Source of the DNA: a phage | DNA: 64,000 nucleotides | Assembly (NCBI GenBank): GCA_024449565.1 | Contig: GCA_024449565.1_4810.1 | Reading direction: 5' to 3' (one strand) | Shown: positions 1 through 9,260 of the stretch, piece after piece | Layout of the letters: the number at the start of each line of letters is the position of its first letter | Position numbering within the stretch: position 1 is the first letter of the stretch | Notes under the pieces: model-generated | What the model was told of the DNA's origin: nothing | The model's input: only the letters and a program-made list of their open reading frames with translations | The model's database searches: none | Made by a program: the position numbers and the translations under genes

Positions 1-55
1 AAAAAAAATAAAATTAAATTAGATATATAATTTTAAATTAATTTATTTGAATTCC
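1..55. other. AT-rich tract preceding repeat element A (possible DNA-unwinding element)
   Basis: Positions 1-55 are almost entirely A/T; a similar AT-rich tract precedes the second copy of the element near 14900-14960. Confidence 0.35.
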
Positions 56-150
56 TATAAAGTATCGCGGCAACGCGTATCATCCGTATCATCCGTAAGA
101 TTCTTTTGAAAACAACTACTTACTTGATACGGATGATACGTCATTATACG
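56..150. repeat. Iteron-like repeat element A
   Basis: TATAAAGTATCGCGGCAACGCGTATCATCCGTATCATCCGTAAGA (tandem CGTATCATC) followed by inverted copy TACGGATGATACG and CGTCATTATACG; near-identical element at about 14962-15090. Confidence 0.6.
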
Positions 151-184
151 CGTGAAATCCTGCGGCAATCCATTGCCAGGCGAT

Positions 185-322
185 TCAGTGAATATTAAAA
201 AGCACTCCAGCAACTAAAACGCCAATCAGCATTGAGTCATAAACAGCCCATTTCCAAGAAAGCAAAGAGTTGCAATTAATATTTCGCACTTTAACATAAC
301 GTGACTGAATAATCTTTTGCAT
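185..322 (-). CDS. small hydrophobic protein (45 aa, below the ORF-track cutoff)
   Basis: ATG at 322 preceded by AAAGAGGAAG Shine-Dalgarno; translation MQKIIQSRYVKVRNINCNSLLSWKWAVYDSMLIGVLVAGVLFNIH with hydrophobic C-terminus. Confidence 0.35.
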   Translation of the reverse strand: MQKIIQSRYVKVRNINCNSLLSWKWAVYDSMLIGVLVAGVLFNIH

Positions 323-394
323 AACTTCCTCTTTAGTTCATATCAAATTAATAATTGCACAGTTTAAATTGCGCTTATTTACAACTATCTTAAT

Positions 395-1246
395 TCAGAT
401 AATTGGTATTTTCCTGCACTTGCAGTGTATTGCCCATCCAGGAGGACCGATGTCACCCTTTTTGAACTTAAGTTCTCCACCTACTTCCCATAAGCGTTTG
501 TCATCAAGCTTGAATCTCATGCCGTCGACGTGCTCATGTGATATTCGCGGCTCTTTGCCTGCTCCTGAATGCGCCCACTCAAATTCCTCAACGCCATTCT
601 GTCGCATTCTTTCATCACTTAATACGCAATAAAGTTTGCTCGTTTGGTCTTTGGCGATAAGGTCTACGCGTTTTGCAGAGAAGTGTTTTACATTCCTTAA
701 TGCCGCCTGAATGCCGGACGTGCCTTGCTGGGCTGGGTCAGGCGAAGTCAGCGAAAGCATGACTGCTTCGTACACTCTGTTGTGAATATCCTCGCCGACC
801 TTAGTAACTAGAGTCGTGTTAAACGTCTCGCTTGTTCTAAGAGTGTTCTCAACGAATTTGTTATATGTGGCCTTTGGCGCTTCTATGCCTGCGGACTTAA
901 GGCTTGCGAATGTAGCAGAAGTCGCACCCTTTTCAACTGACTTGATGAAATCTGCGGCGATCTTTGACCCGACACGTGCGAATGCCTTTGCCCATTTCAG
1001 TTGAAGTCGCTTCATCAAGGTCTGAAAAGTTGAATCAGCAGAGTCTTGCGCAAAGAACTTTTTCACCTGCTTCTTTTCAAGCCATTCTGCAATTCCTTCT
1101 TGATAATCATCAATCATCGCATAGCAAAGACCTTTCATCTCACGACGATAGGCCATCGCAATAGCGTTGGATGGGATTATCGGACTGCCGCGCCCGATTC
1201 TATCGGGTGAGCGGCGTTCACGTTTTTTCGAAGCTTTAAAAGCCAT
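395..1246 (-). CDS. head morphogenesis protein (Mu F / SPP1 gp7-like)
   Basis: Immediately downstream of portal; C-terminal HCKC motif resembling the NCRC signature of the Mu F family; start trimmed to ATG MAFKASKK at 1246. Confidence 0.65.
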   Translation of the reverse strand: MAFKASKKRERRSPDRIGRGSPIIPSNAIAMAYRREMKGLCYAMIDDYQEGIAEWLEKKQVKKFFAQDSADSTFQTLMKRLQLKWAKAFARVGSKIAADFIKSVEKGATSATFASLKSAGIEAPKATYNKFVENTLRTSETFNTTLVTKVGEDIHNRVYEAVMLSLTSPDPAQQGTSGIQAALRNVKHFSAKRVDLIAKDQTSKLYCVLSDERMRQNGVEEFEWAHSGAGKEPRISHEHVDGMRFKLDDKRLWEVGGELKFKKGDIGPPGWAIHCKCRKIPII

Positions 1247-1247
1247 A

Positions 1248-3623
1248 TCAACCTTGCTTCGGTGAATTAGTAGGATTATTGAGTGCTCCATATGCTTGAG
1301 AGCAATCACCTTTCAACCACTCCTTGAATGAGTTTACATCTAATTCATGGATTGAATCGAATCCGTTCCAACCGTTACCAAATGATGCCTGATAAGCTTC
1401 TTTCGCTTCTTCTGCTGAATCGAATCCAAGCATACACTTGTGCTCATCAAATTCACCAGAATAATTATCATTTTGGTTAACGATGAATACTTTAGGAGAC
1501 TTCATATTTGGGCCAACAAAACAGTCGACTTCATCACCATCAGCACCCTTGGTGCCTTTGATGAATCCGTAGTGGTGCGGCATTTTGACTGCCCATTCAC
1601 CATCAAGGCTGTTACCCCTACGAATGCTGTTGCGAGGATTCTCGATGCCAAGGATCATCCCGTGCAACTTCATCTTAGGCAGCGACGCGGCATCCATCTT
1701 CCCTACGTTGTGGCGTAAGTTGATGACGTGTCCTTTAACGCTTGGAAGGGTAGACGGTTGCACCGACCGTGAATCTTTTTGAGGGTCAAAATCCACATCC
1801 TGACCCTCTTTCAGGTAGTAATCCGCAATACCCTCCAGACCTTCTTTCAACTGCGTTAGGACATCAACCTGATGGCTTGATTCATCATCGGTATCGTCCA
1901 TGTTGATTTCGACAGGCGCTTTGTCAGGGTTTTCCGCCAACTCACCACGCGCGGCACCCTCTGGCATAATACCTGTTTCGCTATAGAACTGGCCGCCCAT
2001 CTTAACGACATCAGCTTTCGCCTGTTCAATAGCGGCCTTACCTTGCAGGACTTCACCAGCAGACTTGCCAAGCAATGCCATATTCTCTGGAGACATCCCT
2101 GGGGTTTCTTCTGCTGCGTCTTCCGGCAGACGGTTGTAGCCGCTGTTTTTGTCGTCTTTGATGCGGTCGCGCTCTTCATCAGGAGAAATGACGCCAGCAT
2201 CAATAAGAGTTTTGCCAGTGTTGGCTCGCTTATCATTGATTTCTGCAAGTTGAGTAGCAGTAAGTGAGCCAACTGGTTCCCATGCAACCTTAACATCGAC
2301 GTCCACCCCTTCTGATTTGAGAAGGATTTTGTAATGGCGGTCGAGAATTTTTGTCAGGTCATGCTGCTGGCACGTTTCCAACTCTTCGTGATAGCTGACC
2401 ATCTCGAATTCACCAGTGGCGTTAAAGCCTTTTGGCGAAGTCCCAAGCAGTTTGGTCGACGGAACTTTTGCGATTGCGGCCACAAGCTGGTACTGGTTCA
2501 TGATGATACTGTCGAAGTCTGACAAGTTGATGTCAAACTGGTCCATCTCTTCTTTTTGGCCAAGCACTTTGACTGCATAGTTGTCGCGGTACTTGATCCA
2601 CATCATCAGACGTTCTGCAAAAGACCGCTCATTGGCAATAGCCTTGTCAACGTCGGTCCGCAGCGTCGTTGTACGCTTGGACATCGCCAGCAATGGCGCT
2701 TCGTTAGCGGTACGTTCAGCGGCATAGATGCGTTCATAAATCTGCTGAGTCAGAGGAATGCCGCCGTAAATATAAGTCGGCTTGAGAATATCAGCTGGCT
2801 CATCATTGCGCAAGATGATGAGGTGACTTCGATGATAACGTTGTCCGCTGATCACCCAGTATTCTGGATCATAGAAGTGCTGTGATGCAGGGTCTGCGGT
2901 ATTTTCAGACGTCAAAAATGGCATCATCCAATAAGGGTCAACCTGAATGATTCCCTTATAAGACCCCTTTGTCACACCATCAATGTTAAAAGGCTTGCTG
3001 TAATATTCTGGGTCATCGCTACGCACATCAAATATGATGACGCGGATACCAAAAATATTTTTGAATCGTTCGGCTTCAACTAAGTGCTCTTTGATATTAA
3101 ATTCTTTATCAATTTGCTTTAGGCGTTCGCTTGCCTGCACTGACAATTCTGACTCAGAACTGGATTTGACTTCCCAACCTTTACGGACCGCATCGCGGCC
3201 TACCATGGAACACGCCTTGTTCACCAGCCAATGCTGTGCGATGATGGCACAAGCTTGATAGCCGATGAATGACTGTGACAAATACCAGTTTTGAAGTTGA
3301 ATAGGTACTGTGTATGGGTTGACCTGCCCTTCTGAACTAATGTTCTTTAAGGCATTGTCCATAACTTTTTTGGATACTGTTGCGGAATCGACTGAACGGC
3401 CTTTTATGATAGCAACACCGTCGCCATTAATATCAGGCTCATATAAAGGGAAGTCATCAACCGTTTTAAAGGTCGGTCGATTGCTTTCAGTCTTTTCCCA
3501 GCGTTGACCGCTGCCGCGCCTTTCAAGGCGTTCAAACGGTGCCAATGGGTCGCCTGGCGGCATCTCCGCTGGTTCGGCTTCTGGTTGCGTCTTCTCCCAG
3601 AGTTTTATGCCAAGAATTTTCAT
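1248..3623 (-). CDS. portal protein with C-terminal inorganic-pyrophosphatase-like domain
   Basis: Large ORF between terminase and Mu F-like gene; ATG at 3623 with AGGTGG SD (track ORF begins at an upstream TTG); C-terminal about 190 aa contain MPHHYGFIKGTKGADGDEVDCFV and AEEAKEAYQASF, matching the family I pyrophosphatase core. Confidence 0.6.
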   Translation of the reverse strand: MKILGIKLWEKTQPEAEPAEMPPGDPLAPFERLERRGSGQRWEKTESNRPTFKTVDDFPLYEPDINGDGVAIIKGRSVDSATVSKKVMDNALKNISSEGQVNPYTVPIQLQNWYLSQSFIGYQACAIIAQHWLVNKACSMVGRDAVRKGWEVKSSSESELSVQASERLKQIDKEFNIKEHLVEAERFKNIFGIRVIIFDVRSDDPEYYSKPFNIDGVTKGSYKGIIQVDPYWMMPFLTSENTADPASQHFYDPEYWVISGQRYHRSHLIILRNDEPADILKPTYIYGGIPLTQQIYERIYAAERTANEAPLLAMSKRTTTLRTDVDKAIANERSFAERLMMWIKYRDNYAVKVLGQKEEMDQFDINLSDFDSIIMNQYQLVAAIAKVPSTKLLGTSPKGFNATGEFEMVSYHEELETCQQHDLTKILDRHYKILLKSEGVDVDVKVAWEPVGSLTATQLAEINDKRANTGKTLIDAGVISPDEERDRIKDDKNSGYNRLPEDAAEETPGMSPENMALLGKSAGEVLQGKAAIEQAKADVVKMGGQFYSETGIMPEGAARGELAENPDKAPVEINMDDTDDESSHQVDVLTQLKEGLEGIADYYLKEGQDVDFDPQKDSRSVQPSTLPSVKGHVINLRHNVGKMDAASLPKMKLHGMILGIENPRNSIRRGNSLDGEWAVKMPHHYGFIKGTKGADGDEVDCFVGPNMKSPKVFIVNQNDNYSGEFDEHKCMLGFDSAEEAKEAYQASFGNGWNGFDSIHELDVNSFKEWLKGDCSQAYGALNNPTNSPKQG

Positions 3624-3728
3624 TGTTAACGCCACCTGACAGTGAAAGGGAATCAATCTATATTATAAATATTCATGTGTTTGTAAGCAAATGATATGTA
3701 TGGTGATCATAAATAGTTCATAAAATAT

Positions 3729-3757
3729 TTTGCTTTTGTATCATTTTGAGTTATATT
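3729..3757 (+). promoter_or_regulatory. sigma70-like promoter TTTGCT-17-TATATT
   Basis: Hexamers with 17-bp spacer about 30 nt upstream of the 3786 ATG. Confidence 0.4.
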
Positions 3758-3785
3758 TTAGTTAACCAAACGAAAGGAGATTGAA

Positions 3786-4202
3786 ATGAGCACAACAATT
3801 GTATTTGTCGTCCTACACAACGGCGAAGTCGTTAACGTATGCGAATATGAAGAACTGGCAAAGGCCACTGCTGCGAGATACGAAGGTGCTACTATTGACC
3901 CGTGGATTTTAGATGCGCGCAGCGTCTTGCAGGCGACTTTAGATGAGTGGTTGTTGGGTCGCAAGGTCTATCCAGTAGACAACATCGACTCAATTCAAGG
4001 CGAAACAGTATACTTTGAAGATGAATGCGTTCGCGGCATCGGCAAATTTATGGGATTGTGCCCATCTTCATCCAAAAATAAATTCTATCGTATTCAAGTT
4101 GAAGAAAACGATATGTTTGATAAAGTCACGCGCTCGATTGTTCCTGGCGGCGGAACTCCAATCTTTATGGCAGAATCAGACATCAAGGGGATTATCAAAT
4201 GA
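3786..4202 (+). CDS. hypothetical protein
   Basis: AAAGGAG SD 7 nt upstream of ATG; plus-strand gene inserted between minus-strand terL and portal. Confidence 0.5.
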   Translation: MSTTIVFVVLHNGEVVNVCEYEELAKATAARYEGATIDPWILDARSVLQATLDEWLLGRKVYPVDNIDSIQGETVYFEDECVRGIGKFMGLCPSSSKNKFYRIQVEENDMFDKVTRSIVPGGGTPIFMAESDIKGIIK

Positions 4203-4438
4203 GAACTTTAACCGAACTCGATGTTTTGAAAGACGTTGCAGCGGCGCTGGGCGTTGAAGTCTCTGAAAAGTCGACACTGGGTGCTCTGCGTCGTGATTTA
4301 CTCGAAGCCGTCGACCGCAACGATTTTGATCGTAAGTGTTTGCAAAAGAAGATTCGACAGGCAGTAAGGGCGGGTAAGCGATTCCGTGCCAGGTCGTTTG
4401 CCGCAAGAAAGCTCGACCTTCAGCACGGAATGCTTTAA
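4199..4438 (+). CDS. hypothetical protein
   Basis: ATGA overlap with upstream gene; basic C-terminus; a 9-bp stem (4381-4389 / 4423-4431) lies in its 3' end. Confidence 0.4.
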   Translation: MRTLTELDVLKDVAAALGVEVSEKSTLGALRRDLLEAVDRNDFDRKCLQKKIRQAVRAGKRFRARSFAARKLDLQHGML

Positions 4439-4441
4439 TTG

Positions 4442-5902
4442 TTAAAGGTTAGAGAAGAAGCCGGATGCTGCAACAATTGGTTTCATCAACGCCATGATTG
4501 CTGCGTCCGCTTTGTTAGGCGATTTGACTCCACGCTTTGCCATATCCTTTTTCGATTCAACTTTAAACTTACCAAGCACAGACGTGTCTTTGCGCGGCGC
4601 TGACATCTCAAAAAGAAATGTCTCAATTTCTTCCGCAGACCAAGCAGGAATCCCAAGTTCTGGAATGCCGTCTGTGTCGATGGAAATCAGCTCATCAGTC
4701 GGGTATACGGCCTGCCCTGTTGCATACTCATATGTCTTCCTGAATCGTTCGGCAATCTCAGTCCATTTTTGCGCTTTTATGTTTGCGAAATGGTCTTTAT
4801 TGAGTATTTCAACGTGTGGTAACTCAAGGAAGACGTCATCAGGATCATCAACAGCACCTTGCGCGTTGAACGCATTAAATTCGATTCTTGGGAATGTTGG
4901 ATTTTCATGGATTGCATACTCATTAAGCTCATCAAATTTTGAACCAGCAAATGCACCAACACCGATGGCGTCATAGGTAATTGATGCGCCGAATGTTAAT
5001 GCATCTTTCCAAACTCCGCTTGCGGACTTAAGCAATTCATCTTCCAGACCTTCCCATGTCTTGATGCCGCGCAATACGTTGCCCGTGACAAATGCTGTGG
5101 CGTTTAAGTCGTCGCCGTCGTCCGCCACGTCGAAGCCTATACGGTTAGACCCTGACAAGCTCCATCCCAGCGTAGGGTGTTTGTGGAGGTTTAGCGCGGC
5201 TTTGACGAATGCACGGTTGATTACAGATTTGTCGCCGCCAGTCTTCGGAACGCCGCCATAAACGTGCTCTGCCTTTTTTGGGTCGCGCTCGTACATGCCT
5301 GCGATAACGTCCAGCATTGTTTGCGACAAGAATGGATTATCTTGCCAGTTTATCTTTTTAACAATGGCATTCTTCGGCGGTCGCATAACAAAGTTCTGGT
5401 AGACAAAATCGGCCTCTTCATCAGGGTTAAAGATGATCCATATTTCTGACCCTTCTTTACGGATTGTTGGCTCAATAATGTCCCACTGTTCTTCAGTAAG
5501 CGCGTGCGCTTCTTCCAGCCAAAGTACGTCAACACCTTCCGTTGATTTGATTTCATCAACATTACGTGCGATACCATAAAATAGAAATTCAGATTTAGTT
5601 CTTTTATGTTCGATAGAGTTCTTTAATAAATTGAACTCATCTTTGAAATCAGAAATTTCTATTTTGTCTTTTAATAGAGTATATACAGATTCAGAAATCT
5701 TGTTCTGGAATTGTCGAACGCAAAGGAATTTTAATTTGAAGTTTGCCGCCAAATAAATAGCAAAACCAGCGGCATCATGCGATTTGGAAGATGCACGACC
5801 GCCGTATATTACTTTGTATCGCGCTTTCGTCTTCCAGACTTCTTTTAAAGCAGGATTCAACTGGTACATGACTTTCCAATTATGTGTTAGTATTTTATTC
5901 AT
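4442..5902 (-). CDS. terL: terminase large subunit
   Basis: Walker A GGRASSKS near N-terminus, ATPase plus nuclease two-domain length (486 aa), position upstream of portal. Confidence 0.9.
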   Translation of the reverse strand: MNKILTHNWKVMYQLNPALKEVWKTKARYKVIYGGRASSKSHDAAGFAIYLAANFKLKFLCVRQFQNKISESVYTLLKDKIEISDFKDEFNLLKNSIEHKRTKSEFLFYGIARNVDEIKSTEGVDVLWLEEAHALTEEQWDIIEPTIRKEGSEIWIIFNPDEEADFVYQNFVMRPPKNAIVKKINWQDNPFLSQTMLDVIAGMYERDPKKAEHVYGGVPKTGGDKSVINRAFVKAALNLHKHPTLGWSLSGSNRIGFDVADDGDDLNATAFVTGNVLRGIKTWEGLEDELLKSASGVWKDALTFGASITYDAIGVGAFAGSKFDELNEYAIHENPTFPRIEFNAFNAQGAVDDPDDVFLELPHVEILNKDHFANIKAQKWTEIAERFRKTYEYATGQAVYPTDELISIDTDGIPELGIPAWSAEEIETFLFEMSAPRKDTSVLGKFKVESKKDMAKRGVKSPNKADAAIMALMKPIVAASGFFSNL

Positions 5903-5910
5903 ATTATAGT

Positions 5911-5939
5911 TTGCTTGTACAATCTATATCAAGTAAAAT
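5911..5939 (+). promoter_or_regulatory. sigma70-like promoter TTGCTT-17-TAAAAT
   Basis: Hexamers with 17-bp spacer; about 40 nt upstream of an intrinsic terminator. Confidence 0.35.
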
Positions 5940-5978
5940 TATGATTCCAGCTTAGTAGTGGATAAAGGGTGATCTTTC

Positions 5979-6006
5979 GGCCAGATTCTTTCTGGCCATT
6001 TTTTTT
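5979..6006 (+). terminator. rho-independent terminator
   Basis: GGCCAG-ATTCTTT-CTGGCC hairpin followed by an 8-T run. Confidence 0.55.
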
Positions 6007-6026
6007 GATTAAAATTCACAAAAAGT

Positions 6027-6054
6027 TTGCCTTTCTGAAATTCTGCATTATAAT
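6027..6054 (+). promoter_or_regulatory. sigma70-like promoter TTGCCT-16-TATAAT
   Basis: Near-consensus hexamers about 27 nt upstream of the 6081 ATG. Confidence 0.5.
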
Positions 6055-6080
6055 CATATTAACTCAAAACCGGAGGTAAT

Positions 6081-6296
6081 ATGAAACTCATCGACCGCGC
6101 CATCAAAGCCATTGATAATCACTCCACAGCGATTGCTTTCGTAATGGGATTTTGTTTCACTGCTGCGTTTGGCGACGTTCACACATTCAAGTCTGTCATC
6201 TTGTGTTGGTCCATTTGGTCACTTATTTCTCTGGTTTTGATTCTTCCGATGACGTGGCTTGTTCTTACTTGTCTTGAATCTCAAGGTGAAGACTGA
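6081..6296 (+). CDS. small membrane protein, two predicted TM helices (holin-like topology)
   Basis: GGAGGT SD; two hydrophobic segments in 71 aa. Confidence 0.45.
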   Translation: MKLIDRAIKAIDNHSTAIAFVMGFCFTAAFGDVHTFKSVILCWSIWSLISLVLILPMTWLVLTCLESQGED

Positions 6297-6517
6297 TGAG
6301 ACTATCAATCAAAGAGCGGGCAAAGCGGCCCAAAAGGAGTGAGCCAAAGGCCAAATACACATGCGTTGGCGGACCGTTCGACGGTCAAGTGGTGTGGCTT
6401 TCAAAATCTAATCCATCGACGGTTGAGTTCAGCCTTCGTGGAATGCGCGGCAGATACCTGCTAAATAGAGAAACAAGTGGCAGCACATTTGTGGAGTGGA
6501 AAGAAAATGGCAAATGA
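6296..6517 (+). CDS. hypothetical protein
   Basis: Start overlaps upstream stop; AGGTGAAG SD. Confidence 0.4.
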   Translation: MRLSIKERAKRPKRSEPKAKYTCVGGPFDGQVVWLSKSNPSTVEFSLRGMRGRYLLNRETSGSTFVEWKENGK

Positions 6518-6740
6518 ATTAACCTTAACGGTGCCAAAAGAAGTGCTAGACAAGGCATATGCAGATTCTGTAAAAGAATTAGCCGTAGTGCTTGGAATTG
6601 AAAGTGAATTCAACGTTCAGCTTCAATTCCTAAAAGATACTCTTCAAATCAAAGAGAATAGAGAGGCTGGCGGCGGTGCGCCTTTAGCTTTGGCAATAAT
6701 CTATGCGGGATTAATTTTGAAGTCTGGAGATGAACTGTGA
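6507..6740 (+). CDS. hypothetical protein
   Basis: Start trimmed to ATG MANELTL with GGAGTGGA SD. Confidence 0.4.
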   Translation: MANELTLTVPKEVLDKAYADSVKELAVVLGIESEFNVQLQFLKDTLQIKENREAGGGAPLALAIIYAGLILKSGDEL

Positions 6741-6936
6741 ATCGTTGGTGCAGTTGGAAGTTGAAACGTCTTGCCTGGGCCAATGCCGCCAATTCTGCTG
6801 GTGTCATCACCGCTGGCGTTGGGTCGGTATGGGATGGCGAAGGCCGTTGGGACTCGCTGTGTGGCACGCGCCTATTCTTTCGCGTAAAATAATTATCGCC
6901 CTTCCCGAAATGGGAAGGGAATTTAAAGAGGTTATC

Positions 6937-7278
6937 ATGAACAACACTTTGTCACAACTGTTAATCTGGACTATCGCTGCTATCATCGGCACCGTTATTA
7001 TGATGTCAAGTGCAAAGGCTGAAACGGATATTTGCGGCAGACTTATTTCTGAAAACGGCGAAATTTATTATGGCAACTCAAAAGGTGATTATATATCGCC
7101 TGAAGTTTGCGCTCAGAAGAAAGCAGAAATGCAAAAGCAGTATCATGAAGATCAATCTATATCTCAAGCCGCGCTGATTGAATTAAGTATATCAGCCATC
7201 ATCTTTCTAATCGTTTTTATGCTCATTATTAAACCAAATAATGGCAGCCACCGTCATATTCCTCTCAAAAGAAATTAA
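6937..7278 (+). CDS. small membrane or secreted protein
   Basis: Start trimmed to ATG MNNTLSQ with AAAGAGG SD; N-terminal hydrophobic signal-like segment and C-terminal TM segment. Confidence 0.45.
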   Translation: MNNTLSQLLIWTIAAIIGTVIMMSSAKAETDICGRLISENGEIYYGNSKGDYISPEVCAQKKAEMQKQYHEDQSISQAALIELSISAIIFLIVFMLIIKPNNGSHRHIPLKRN

Positions 7279-7316
7279 GGTTATAATACGGTTGTCGACA
7301 AAACGAGGACCGTAAA

Positions 7317-9227
7317 ATGCCAAGGCTAATATTCAAAAACAACTTTGAGGTCGCGCTCGCTCAGCCAGCGACGACTTCAGACACCACAATCACAATCCGC
7401 TCAGGGTCGGGCTTTCCGACCTTGGGCGCAAACGAGCGTGTAGTGGCGACAGTCGTCGACGCTGCAACAGGCCTCCAATTCGAAATCATCACTGTAACAG
7501 CCGTGGTTGGAAACGTGCTAACCGTGCAGCGTGCACAGGAAGGGACTGCAGCGCGTGCATGGAGCGTCGGAGATTTTTTATCCATAAGGGTGACGGCTGC
7601 CATATTGACAAGCACAGTAAGGAATTTTGGAGAATTACCTTCTGGAATAAACTTAAATGCCCTTACTGGTTCTTGGTTCGGTCAATACCAGCAGTCTTCT
7701 AATTCTGCGGCTTCGCAAGTTCTGAATTATCCTGTAGCCCAATCAGGCAGCCTTGAGGTTATTTGCTCGGCAAACAACTCTGGTGACCAATCTTGCACGC
7801 AAATATACAGCACGAATCCTGACAACAAGCAGTACAAAAGAACTTATAATTCAGAAACAAGCACATGGTCTACTTGGGCTAAAATATATAACTCTTCCGA
7901 CGTGATTCCAGTCTCCAATGGAGGGACTGGTGTTTCAGACATAGGATCAATAAGAAGAGCAATATTGGTGCAAGGACTTGAATGTAATGATCAAACTGGT
8001 CCCCAATCATACAACAGCTATCGTTCACCAAATTCAGCATACACATGGAAAATAGATAACTCAGGACTTGTGCAAGTCATAAAGACTTCTGATGGTTCTG
8101 CAGTGCCAATACCTATTGAATCAGGAGGGACTGGTGGAATAACTGCTTATAGTGCAAGGGTTAATCTCTCTTTGGATAGGCTGCGCCAAGAAGGTGCTTA
8201 TACAGAACTGAATTCTGCGAACGGAAGATATAGATTTCTTGTAAATGATTCAGGAGATTGGGGAGGTTTTGATGGTTCCACAAACGGCTGGAAGCCATTG
8301 GCAATAGCGCAGGGAGGGACTGGATCAACCACGTTGGAAGGAGCAAGAACGAATCTGAAAATTGACAGGTTCTTGCAAGGTGATATTGATACAAAAATAT
8401 CAACGCCTGATTCGCAATACAACTTTTTCATCACTGACGCTGATTGGGGTCTTTATGATGTAACATCACTAAATAGAGTTGCACTCCCAATTGTCAGCGG
8501 CGGCACAGGCGGAGTAACTGCTGTTGAATCTTGCAAGTCTCTCGCAGCGATGCATTATAAATACCCAGCGCAAACATCATTTGGGCAGCAATACATGGAG
8601 ACTGGGGTTGGATATTACAGCACTGATCAGTCACCAAGTCCAGGTGGAAGCGGTTCTCCATATAACTATGCCGAGATACTTACTATATCTGAATTTGGTA
8701 ATGGAGCTAACTATTCTCAAATCGCATTTTCAGTGTTGACGGAACAACCGCCGCGATACAGACAAAGGTTTGACTCTAATCCAAGGTTGACTAATTGGCG
8801 AGATTTCCTTATTCGCGATTTGAATACCAGCGTAGACAGCAACGGATTCATAAAAATTGCTTCACCAATAGTCAAAATAAGATTTGATGGATCATTTGAG
8901 CTGAACAGCGAGTCAGAAGGCTGCACAGTGTCAAGAGAAGGAAAGGGGCACTATTTGATAAGCGGTTGCCTCGGATTAAATAGTGATGCCGCCTGGGGAG
9001 GCGTTAACGGCGGCTTTGAAATTCCAGTTGATGTGAATAAACAGCCTAGAATTTGGCTTGACTATAAAGTGAATGAAGATGGATCAGTTGACGTATTCAC
9101 ATATCACAGGGTGCACAATGATGCCCCAGTTTTTGCAAGGAATAACCTTGAAGGTTATGCAGACGGAGACCCAATAGACATACCAAAGGATGCATTTATC
9201 TCTGTGAGGGTGCAAATGCCAAAATAA
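7317..9227 (+). CDS. tail fiber protein (GGTG-repeat type)
   Basis: Four repeats of the (S/E/A/V)-GGTG-x-(S/T) motif (SNGGTGVSD, ESGGTGGIT, AQGGTGSTT, VSGGTGGVT) typical of phage tail fibers; GAGGA SD. Confidence 0.7.
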   Translation: MPRLIFKNNFEVALAQPATTSDTTITIRSGSGFPTLGANERVVATVVDAATGLQFEIITVTAVVGNVLTVQRAQEGTAARAWSVGDFLSIRVTAAILTSTVRNFGELPSGINLNALTGSWFGQYQQSSNSAASQVLNYPVAQSGSLEVICSANNSGDQSCTQIYSTNPDNKQYKRTYNSETSTWSTWAKIYNSSDVIPVSNGGTGVSDIGSIRRAILVQGLECNDQTGPQSYNSYRSPNSAYTWKIDNSGLVQVIKTSDGSAVPIPIESGGTGGITAYSARVNLSLDRLRQEGAYTELNSANGRYRFLVNDSGDWGGFDGSTNGWKPLAIAQGGTGSTTLEGARTNLKIDRFLQGDIDTKISTPDSQYNFFITDADWGLYDVTSLNRVALPIVSGGTGGVTAVESCKSLAAMHYKYPAQTSFGQQYMETGVGYYSTDQSPSPGGSGSPYNYAEILTISEFGNGANYSQIAFSVLTEQPPRYRQRFDSNPRLTNWRDFLIRDLNTSVDSNGFIKIASPIVKIRFDGSFELNSESEGCTVSREGKGHYLISGCLGLNSDAAWGGVNGGFEIPVDVNKQPRIWLDYKVNEDGSVDVFTYHRVHNDAPVFARNNLEGYADGDPIDIPKDAFISVRVQMPK

Positions 9228-9235
9228 TTCACTCA

Positions 9236-9260
9236 AGGCGCTGAAAAGCGCCTTTACTTT
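9236..9260 (+). terminator. putative intrinsic terminator
   Basis: AGGCGC-TGAAAA-GCGCCT hairpin followed by a T-rich tract after the tail fiber stop. Confidence 0.4.

Noticed and set aside
4494-4976. 160-aa plus-strand ORF inside terL
   Set aside because: Antisense to a confidently identified terminase gene; no start context.
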